Shown piece by piece: positions 26,520-32,000 of a DNA stretch of 32,000 bases; within the stretch, counting starts at the first letter, position 1; every line of letters begins with the position of its first letter. The stretch is from Alkanindiges sp. WGS2144 (GTDB lineage Bacteria > Pseudomonadota > Gammaproteobacteria > Pseudomonadales > Moraxellaceae), in assembly GCF_043950625.1 (NCBI RefSeq), contig NZ_CP171007.1; one strand, given 5' to 3'. Made by a program: the position numbers and the translations under genes. The notes beneath the pieces are model-generated. The model had not been told where the DNA came from. It did not search any database and was given only the letters and a program-made list of their open reading frames with translations.

Positions 26520-28248
26520 GTGTTTGCCCCACTTTCTGACCAGCAACTGGTGACCGGGGTAAATCAGCAGTTTCATCCACTTGCGCCACGATCAGCTTAT
26601 TCATCATGCCTGCACTCATATGATAAAGCAGATGACAATGAATCGCCCATTCCCCTGGTTCATCGGCGGTTAATAGAGCCGTCACTGTTTTTGCAGGAGG
26701 AACCACCACGGTATGCTTGTTAGGCATATTGACAGGGGCCTGCCCATTTTCAAGCTGCACAAACATGCCATGTAAATGCATGGGATGCGCCATCATGCTG
26801 TCATTAATAAATTTGAGCCTGATGCGCTCACCATATTTAACCTGCAAAGGTTCAGCTTCATTAAACTTCTTGCCATTAATCGTCCAGATATAACGCTCCA
26901 TGTTACCGCCCAGACGAATTTCAAGCTCCTGTACAGGCGGTCGTGTGTCTTTTTGTGGGACAAGAGATAGCAAGTCACTATACTGCAAAGCCTTGTGTCC
27001 TGCTGGGGTTGATGCATTTGCCCAGCCAGATGCAACCTGTTCAGTGTCATGCGCCGTTGTGCTTGCAGCATGATCATGCTGCATGGCAGAAGCGGCCTCT
27101 GTCTGATGATCCATACCTGCCATTGTATGCTGGTCATGATTCATGTCTGGCATTGAGTCCATGTCGTGATGCATGCCCATATCCTCCATGGTGAGTAGAG
27201 ATCGTGGCCTGGGCGTGGGCATTGTGATACTGCCGGGTGCAGATGTGGTTTGATCATGCAGCGTGCCAATGGCAAAACCAGTCCGGTCAATGGATTCTGC
27301 TTCAATCTGATAACTGGCCTGAGTAGGCTCCACAATCACATCATAGGTTTCTGCGGTGCCAATACGAAACTCATCAATATTTACAGGCTTCACTGGTTGC
27401 CCATCAGCACCCACGACAGTCATTTTTAAATGCGGAATCCGCACATCAAAAAAAGACATGGCCGAAGCATTAATGAAACGTAAACGGATTTTTTCACCGA
27501 GTTTAAAGCTTGCTGTCCAGTTTTGCCGTGGCGTTTTACCATTGATTAAAAAAGTATAGCCAGTAACGTCAGACAGGTCAGTTTTTAGCATGCGCATCTG
27601 ATTCCACATGGCGCGATCCTGCCAGGTGACCTTTAAGCCTTGTTGTTTGATTTGCTTAAATACATCAAAAATGGTTTCCCGGTGATTCTGGTAATAGTCA
27701 CCTGATTTTTTCAGGTTACTCATGATCTGATCACTTTTCGACTCATGAAAATCAGACAGCATGACCACATAGTCTTTATCCACTTTTTCATGCGCAGCAA
27801 TGGGAATATTATTTTTTGGATAAATAACAAACGAGCCGTATAACCCGTCCTGCTCCTGCCCTTTGCTATGGGCATGGTACCAGTAAGTTCCGTTTTGACG
27901 AACTTTAAACTCATACTTAAATGACTGCCCCGGCTTGATGCCATCAAACTGGTTAAAGCCGGGCACACCATCCATCACTGCCGGCAGTAGCAGGCCATGC
28001 CAGTGAAGGGCGCTGTCCTGATTTTTTAGCTGGTTATGCACCATAATAACCGCCTCATCACCTTCTTCAAACTCCAGCAAAGGTGCGGGAAACTGGCCAT
28101 TGACCGTAATGCGCTGTACTGGTTTGCCGGTAATATTAACCGTTTGCTCAGCAATGACCAGATTGTATTGCTTAACAGCCGCTATTGCCCATTCTGGTAT
28201 AAGTAGACTTGCGCCAGCCAGTAGTATTTGGCTTAACCTGACAGACAC
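26506..28248 (-). CDS. copA: copper-resistance multicopper oxidase (CopA/PcoA family)
   Basis: It has the MCO copper-ligand motifs HWHG, WYHAHS, HPMHLHG and HCHLLYHMSAGM, plus a Met/His-rich insert. The GTG start at 28248 has AAGGAAGAG upstream and an in-frame TGA immediately 5' of it. Confidence 0.9.
   Translation of the reverse strand: MSVRLSQILLAGASLLIPEWAIAAVKQYNLVIAEQTVNITGKPVQRITVNGQFPAPLLEFEEGDEAVIMVHNQLKNQDSALHWHGLLLPAVMDGVPGFNQFDGIKPGQSFKYEFKVRQNGTYWYHAHSKGQEQDGLYGSFVIYPKNNIPIAAHEKVDKDYVVMLSDFHESKSDQIMSNLKKSGDYYQNHRETIFDVFKQIKQQGLKVTWQDRAMWNQMRMLKTDLSDVTGYTFLINGKTPRQNWTASFKLGEKIRLRFINASAMSFFDVRIPHLKMTVVGADGQPVKPVNIDEFRIGTAETYDVIVEPTQASYQIEAESIDRTGFAIGTLHDQTTSAPGSITMPTPRPRSLLTMEDMGMHHDMDSMPDMNHDQHTMAGMDHQTEAASAMQHDHAASTTAHDTEQVASGWANASTPAGHKALQYSDLLSLVPQKDTRPPVQELEIRLGGNMERYIWTINGKKFNEAEPLQVKYGERIRLKFINDSMMAHPMHLHGMFVQLENGQAPVNMPNKHTVVVPPAKTVTALLTADEPGEWAIHCHLLYHMSAGMMNKLIVAQVDETADLPRSPVAGQKVGQTHAHH
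27049..27189 (-). other. Met/His-rich copper-binding insert within CopA
   Basis: CopA residues ~354-400 read MEDMGMHHDMDSMPDMNHDQHTMAGMDHQTEAASAMQHDHAASTTAH. This is the methionine-rich segment typical of CopA/PcoA/CueO-type oxidases. Confidence 0.8.
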
Positions 28249-28283
28249 TCACTCTTCCTTTTTTAAACGATAACTTATGGTAC

Positions 28284-29177
28284 TTACCTGATGGCTTGTG
28301 CCTGACCGGATGCCTGGACAGCACTTGGCTGAACAGAGGCAGGCTTGGCCTTTACCGGGTGTACCATAAAATTAATCCCCAGCAATAATAAGGTAAGCCC
28401 CAGAATACGCCGAATCAATTGTTCAGGCATTTTTGAGCTAAGCAATGTTCCAATAATAATTGCCGGAATAGAACCAGCCAGCAGCCAGCCAAGCAGGTAG
28501 AAGTCTACATTACCTGCGCTTAGGTGACCAAGCCCTGCAACTAAAGTTAACAACACCGCATGCACTACATCCGAGCCAATAATGCGGATCATGGGCAGGT
28601 TAGGAAACATCAGCAGCAAAGCCATCACACCAAATGCTCCTGCACCTACAGAAGACAGGGTCACAAACACGCCCAGTACTACTCCCATAAAAATAACCAG
28701 CTGCTTTTTATCACCTACCCACTGGCTAATCTGAGCACGATCCACCAGGGTGGCACTATCCAGACTGTGTTTGCAGTATTTTTGAAAGAATGCTTCGATA
28801 TAGCGGCGAAACACAATTGAGAACCCGGTTAACATCAGCATAAAGCCCAGCACAATGGTTAGCACGGCTTTATAATGGGTGGCACCGCTCAAATAATGCT
28901 TAAGTACCCAGCTCGTGGCTAAAGAGGCAGGAATACTGCCCAGCGCCAGCCACCCAACAATAGACCAAACAATATTAAGCTTTTTGGCATGCACAAAAGA
29001 ACCGCAGAACTTGGAAATTGCGGCATATAACAAGTCTGTGCCGATAGCCACATGCGGTTCAATACGAAACAGGCCTATCAACATTGGTGTCATCAACGAA
29101 CCGCCACCGACGCCCGTAACACCCACACAAAAACCAACGACCACTCCTGCCAGGATAAACTGGATAAACTCGGGCAT
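28284..29177 (-). CDS. TauE/SafE-family (DUF81) membrane permease
   Basis: The 297-aa polytopic membrane protein has a Gly-rich first helix (VGVTGVGGGSLMTP) and an internally repeated 4-TM layout typical of DUF81. Its stop is 35 nt upstream of the copA start. Confidence 0.8.
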   Translation of the reverse strand: MPEFIQFILAGVVVGFCVGVTGVGGGSLMTPMLIGLFRIEPHVAIGTDLLYAAISKFCGSFVHAKKLNIVWSIVGWLALGSIPASLATSWVLKHYLSGATHYKAVLTIVLGFMLMLTGFSIVFRRYIEAFFQKYCKHSLDSATLVDRAQISQWVGDKKQLVIFMGVVLGVFVTLSSVGAGAFGVMALLLMFPNLPMIRIIGSDVVHAVLLTLVAGLGHLSAGNVDFYLLGWLLAGSIPAIIIGTLLSSKMPEQLIRRILGLTLLLLGINFMVHPVKAKPASVQPSAVQASGQAQAIR

Positions 29178-29285
29178 TTTTTATCACTTTAAGCACTTAT
29201 CTATTAAGGCGATTATCATATCCACTTTTATTTAAAAGAATTTTCATTATTTATGCTTAACTTATCTAAAAAAAAGATAATAAAC

Positions 29286-29768
29286 TCAAGGCCTGCCAAG
29301 CAGCACCACTGCACTGGCGAAGATACCCTCCTGCCGTCCGGTAAAGCCCAGCTTTTCAGTGGTTGTCGCTTTTACACTAATCTGCTCAAGTGCTACTTCC
29401 AGATCAGCTGCAATATTACCTCGCATCGCCAGATTATGCGGAGCAAGCTTGGGTCGTTCGCAGGCCACGGTAATATCAGCATTAATTAACTGATAACCCT
29501 GATGCTTAATAAGCTGGTACACATGACGCAGCAAAACCCGGCTGTCCGCACCTTTGTAATGTTCATCAGTATCAGGAAAATGCTGACCAATATCTCCTAG
29601 CGCCAGCGCACCGAGCAAAGCGTCTGCCAGCGCATGCAAAATCACATCACCATCGGAATGTGCTTTTAAACCATGAGTATGGGGAATTTTTAACCCGGCG
29701 AGTGTCACATAACTCCCTGCTTCAAACGCATGTACATCCAGCCCCTGTCCTATACGAATATCCAGCAT
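29286..29768 (-). CDS. ispF: 2-C-methyl-D-erythritol 2,4-cyclodiphosphate synthase
   Basis: [26 protein letters not shown] and [10 protein letters not shown] motifs are present. The ATG at 29768 follows AAGGAAAA. The ORF-track extension to 29819 is unnecessary. Confidence 0.95.
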   Translation of the reverse strand: MLDIRIGQGLDVHAFEAGSYVTLAGLKIPHTHGLKAHSDGDVILHALADALLGALALGDIGQHFPDTDEHYKGADSRVLLRHVYQLIKHQGYQLINADITVACERPKLAPHNLAMRGNIAADLEVALEQISVKATTTEKLGFTGRQEGIFASAVVLLGRP

Positions 29769-29823
29769 TGATGTTTTCCTTAAAAAATTAGGCATAGCAT
29801 AGCAAAAGTTATTCATCATTCTA

Positions 29824-29860
29824 AATATGCCAGACAGGTTGGGCTATTTTCTGGCATATT
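29824..29860. repeat. perfect 10-bp inverted repeat AATATGCCAG-N17-CTGGCATATT in the ispF/DUF1311 divergent intergenic region
   Basis: The arms lie at 29824-29833 and 29851-29860 and are exact reverse complements. This is directly visible in the sequence. Confidence 0.6.
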
Positions 29861-29931
29861 CTGCTTTGCATTTGTCTTATGGCTTTGCTAAATTTTTTCA
29901 TTCTGGAAATTTTGTAGGATATCACCCCTAA

Positions 29932-30591
29932 ATGGCTGCTCAGCGTTGCTCATACTGGATTTTAAGCGTTCTGGTCACCACTGGATTGAGTCAAAGCAGT
30001 TTTGCCCAGTTTACCCCCCTGATATGTGATTCAGCCACTAAATTTGTAGAAAAAACCACGTGCAGCAATCCTAAGCTTACTGAACTGGACAGTGAACTAT
30101 ACAACCAGCTTGAGCATGCCGAGCAAGTCACCAATGTGCCCTTACAGGTACTGGAACTCAGTCAGCAAAACTGGATAAAACAGCGTAATCAGTGCAAAAA
30201 TACAGCGTGTATCGAAACCAGCTATAAAACGCGCCTCCAGGAAATTAAAAACCTGAATGCCATGAATCAGGACTTTGTTCAGTATCTGATTAGGGTTAAA
30301 GAAGGCAAACCTGACCCACAGCTATCCTTACTGCAATTGCAAAGCCTGGATGAAAAACGGATAAGGATTATTGCCCAGAGCTTCTGGAACAGTGCAGATC
30401 ACCAGCACAATCAGGTAGTCAACTTTAATGGTTATGCTAACCAGGGCAAAAAAATTAGTGTAAAAGACCTGGATACCAAATGCGTTTTAATCCTGAAGCA
30501 ACACCAGAAGCGCTGGGAGGTTCGGCAGGCATCGCCCATGTGTGGAAACAAGCACATCCGTTTTAGCGGCTTTTATGAACCACAAAAATAA
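29932..30591 (+). CDS. secreted DUF1311 (LprI-like) domain protein
   Basis: It has a signal peptide (LSVLVTTGLSQSSFA-QF) and the DUF1311 pattern C-x-N-P-x-L-x-E-LD-x-E-L-Y...QQNWIKQRNQC. The C-terminal ~100 aa are unassigned. Confidence 0.62.
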   Translation: MAAQRCSYWILSVLVTTGLSQSSFAQFTPLICDSATKFVEKTTCSNPKLTELDSELYNQLEHAEQVTNVPLQVLELSQQNWIKQRNQCKNTACIETSYKTRLQEIKNLNAMNQDFVQYLIRVKEGKPDPQLSLLQLQSLDEKRIRIIAQSFWNSADHQHNQVVNFNGYANQGKKISVKDLDTKCVLILKQHQKRWEVRQASPMCGNKHIRFSGFYEPQK

Positions 30592-30625
30592 TATCTAACT
30601 GTAATTACTATCTAACTGTGATTGC
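30592..30625. repeat. tandem duplication of a 17-bp unit spanning the ispD stop codon
   Basis: TATCTAACTGTAATTAC (30592-30608) is directly followed by TATCTAACTGTGATTGC (30609-30625), with 15 of 17 positions identical. The ispD TAG (30597-30595) lies in the first unit. Confidence 0.8.
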
Positions 30626-31299
30626 AAAATAGCCGTCGCCAGACCTAAGTCATCTGGATAGGTAATTTTAATATTGCTGCTACTACCACTGACCAGTTGC
30701 ACCGGAAGGTCAAGTAGCTCTATGGCACTGGCCTCATCTGTGACAACTTGTCCATTTTGTTGTGCACTCTCAAGCGCCCTCAATAAATGACCAAAGCGGA
30801 ACATTTGCGGGGTTTGGCATTGCCACAGGTTTGCACGAGATATTGTTTTAATGACCTGTTGCTGTTGCGCCAGTTTTAAAGTGTCCCTGACCGGTACTGC
30901 CAGTACGCCCCCTACAGGATCAGCTTTAAGCTCAGCCAACAGACGTTGCAAGTCATTGAGCAGGATACAGGGTCTGGCAACATCATGTACCAGTATCCAG
31001 TCATGTTCAGCAGCAATAGGCCTTAGATAATTTAATGCGGACAGCACTGAATCCATGCGTTCCTGACCGCCATTTACCCAGTGTAATAACTGCGGCTCGG
31101 CAAACTGTAGGGAATTTGCTGTCTGGTCATGCGCAGCAATGGCAACCACACAGCCAGCAAGTGCTAACTGGCAAATCCGGTCTACACTGTGCTGCATGAC
31201 TGTTTTATCCAGTAATGGCAGATATTGCTTTGGTAGCACCGATGCAAAGCGGGAACCGCTACCGGCCGCAGGTAAAATAGCCCAGTATTTTGTGCTCAT
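30595..31299 (-). CDS. ispD: 2-C-methyl-D-erythritol 4-phosphate cytidylyltransferase
   Basis: The N-terminal AILPAAGSGSRF nucleotide-binding loop, VHDVARP and ITYPDDL motifs are present. The start is the ATG at 31299 (MSTKYWAILPAAG); ORF-track M1 at 31311 is also possible. Confidence 0.93.
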   Translation of the reverse strand: MSTKYWAILPAAGSGSRFASVLPKQYLPLLDKTVMQHSVDRICQLALAGCVVAIAAHDQTANSLQFAEPQLLHWVNGGQERMDSVLSALNYLRPIAAEHDWILVHDVARPCILLNDLQRLLAELKADPVGGVLAVPVRDTLKLAQQQQVIKTISRANLWQCQTPQMFRFGHLLRALESAQQNGQVVTDEASAIELLDLPVQLVSGSSSNIKITYPDDLGLATAILQSQLDSNYS

Positions 31300-31663
31300 T
31301 AATGCACACATCAGATTCGTTGGTTAATAAATCATCCCCATAGACTTCAGCAGGTGCACGATAATGTGGCACAGGAAGCATGGTTAACTGTACAAAAGTT
31401 TCTTTGGGTTTAATCAGCCCCAGATCAAGCCGGGCATGCTCTTCAACTGCTTCCATGCCACTTTTTAGGTCATATACTTCGGCACTTAAAATACGATTGC
31501 GCTCAGCCAGTTTGAGATTTTCCTGATACTGCAAGCCGATCCGCTGTTTTAGTGCCTGACGGTCATAATAGCCGCTCTCCCCCCACCACAATTTATATTG
31601 CAGCAGTACCAGCAGTAAAATTGCCAGTAGAAAAACGATACGACCACTGAGCGTAGCTAACAT
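31259..31663 (-). CDS. ftsB: cell division protein FtsB
   Basis: It has a single N-terminal TM helix followed by a coiled coil. LLQYKLWWGESG matches E. coli FtsB LQYSLWFGKNG, and the position between eno and ispD is conserved. The C-terminal tail is longer than in E. coli and overlaps ispD. Confidence 0.8.
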   Translation of the reverse strand: MLATLSGRIVFLLAILLLVLLQYKLWWGESGYYDRQALKQRIGLQYQENLKLAERNRILSAEVYDLKSGMEAVEEHARLDLGLIKPKETFVQLTMLPVPHYRAPAEVYGDDLLTNESDVCINEHKILGYFTCGR

Positions 31664-31690
31664 CTCAATACCTAATCATGATTGATCAAA

Positions 31691-31713
31691 GCCTGGAGCT
31701 AAAATCTCCAGGC
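31691..31713 (-). terminator. perfect 8-bp hairpin between eno and ftsB (weak terminator or processing stem)
   Basis: The GCCTGGAG/CTCCAGGC stem has a 7-nt loop and lies 15 nt after the eno stop. On the minus strand it is followed only by TTTGAT, so termination is probably partial. Confidence 0.4.
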
Positions 31714-31727
31714 CTGGTTAAGCTAAA

Positions 31728-32000
<273 letters not shown>

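Noticed and set aside
27049-27189. The Met/His-rich repetitive tract in copA as a novel repeat
   Set aside because: This is a well-known feature of CopA/PcoA/CueO-type multicopper oxidases, so it is listed as a feature and not as a finding.
29262-29280. Inverted repeat TTATCT-A7-AGATAA directly after the ispF stop
   Set aside because: The stem is pure A/T and 6 bp long, and the loop is a homopolymer, so it is too weak to call a terminator. It could be a protein site, but AT-rich palindromes of this size are expected by chance in AT-rich spacers.

Overview
The window reads as a densely packed core-chromosome segment of a gammaproteobacterium. It is most plausibly Moraxellaceae or Acinetobacter-like, but that is an inference from how the proteins look (for example the DnaX N-terminus) and cannot be verified here. 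I can support 30 protein-coding genes. These include rpiA, ilvA, a PreP-like M16 peptidase, a PfkB kinase, a small Rieske protein, yqiJ, xthA, and a minus-strand block of LMW-PTP, murB, a DUF218 protein and an alpha/beta hydrolase joined by overlapping stop and start codons. They continue with a Fe-ADH and thioesterase pair, an FMN reductase, dnaX, a serine hydrolase, a fabG4/htdX-like pair facing a fadA2-like thiolase, a DAHP synthase, TauE-copA-copB, ispF, a DUF1311 secreted protein, ispD and ftsB. A 3' fragment of eno at the right edge is missing from the supplied ORF track because its start lies outside the window. Several ORF-track starts are over-extended, and I moved them to internal ATGs supported by ribosome-binding sites or conserved N-termini. 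By eye I found no tRNA or rRNA, CRISPR array, transposase, integrase or recognisable defence gene, and I see no convincing evidence for a novel multi-gene system. The observations most worth a second look are local. (1) A 67-codon Ser/Thr/Ala/Lys-rich open extension lies in front of the thiolase. (2) The mycobacterial-style fabG4-htdX/fadA2 arrangement has candidate operators and an internal terminator-like hairpin. (3) The ftsB-ispD-ispF unit is split by an opposite-strand DUF1311 gene, with a 17-bp tandem duplication that supplies the ispD stop codon. (4) A DUF81/TauE permease sits 35 bp upstream of copAB, and CopA has no twin-arginine motif. (5) A partial ORF of unknown function lies at the left edge. 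All functional calls rest on motif and colinearity recognition only, since no searches could be run.
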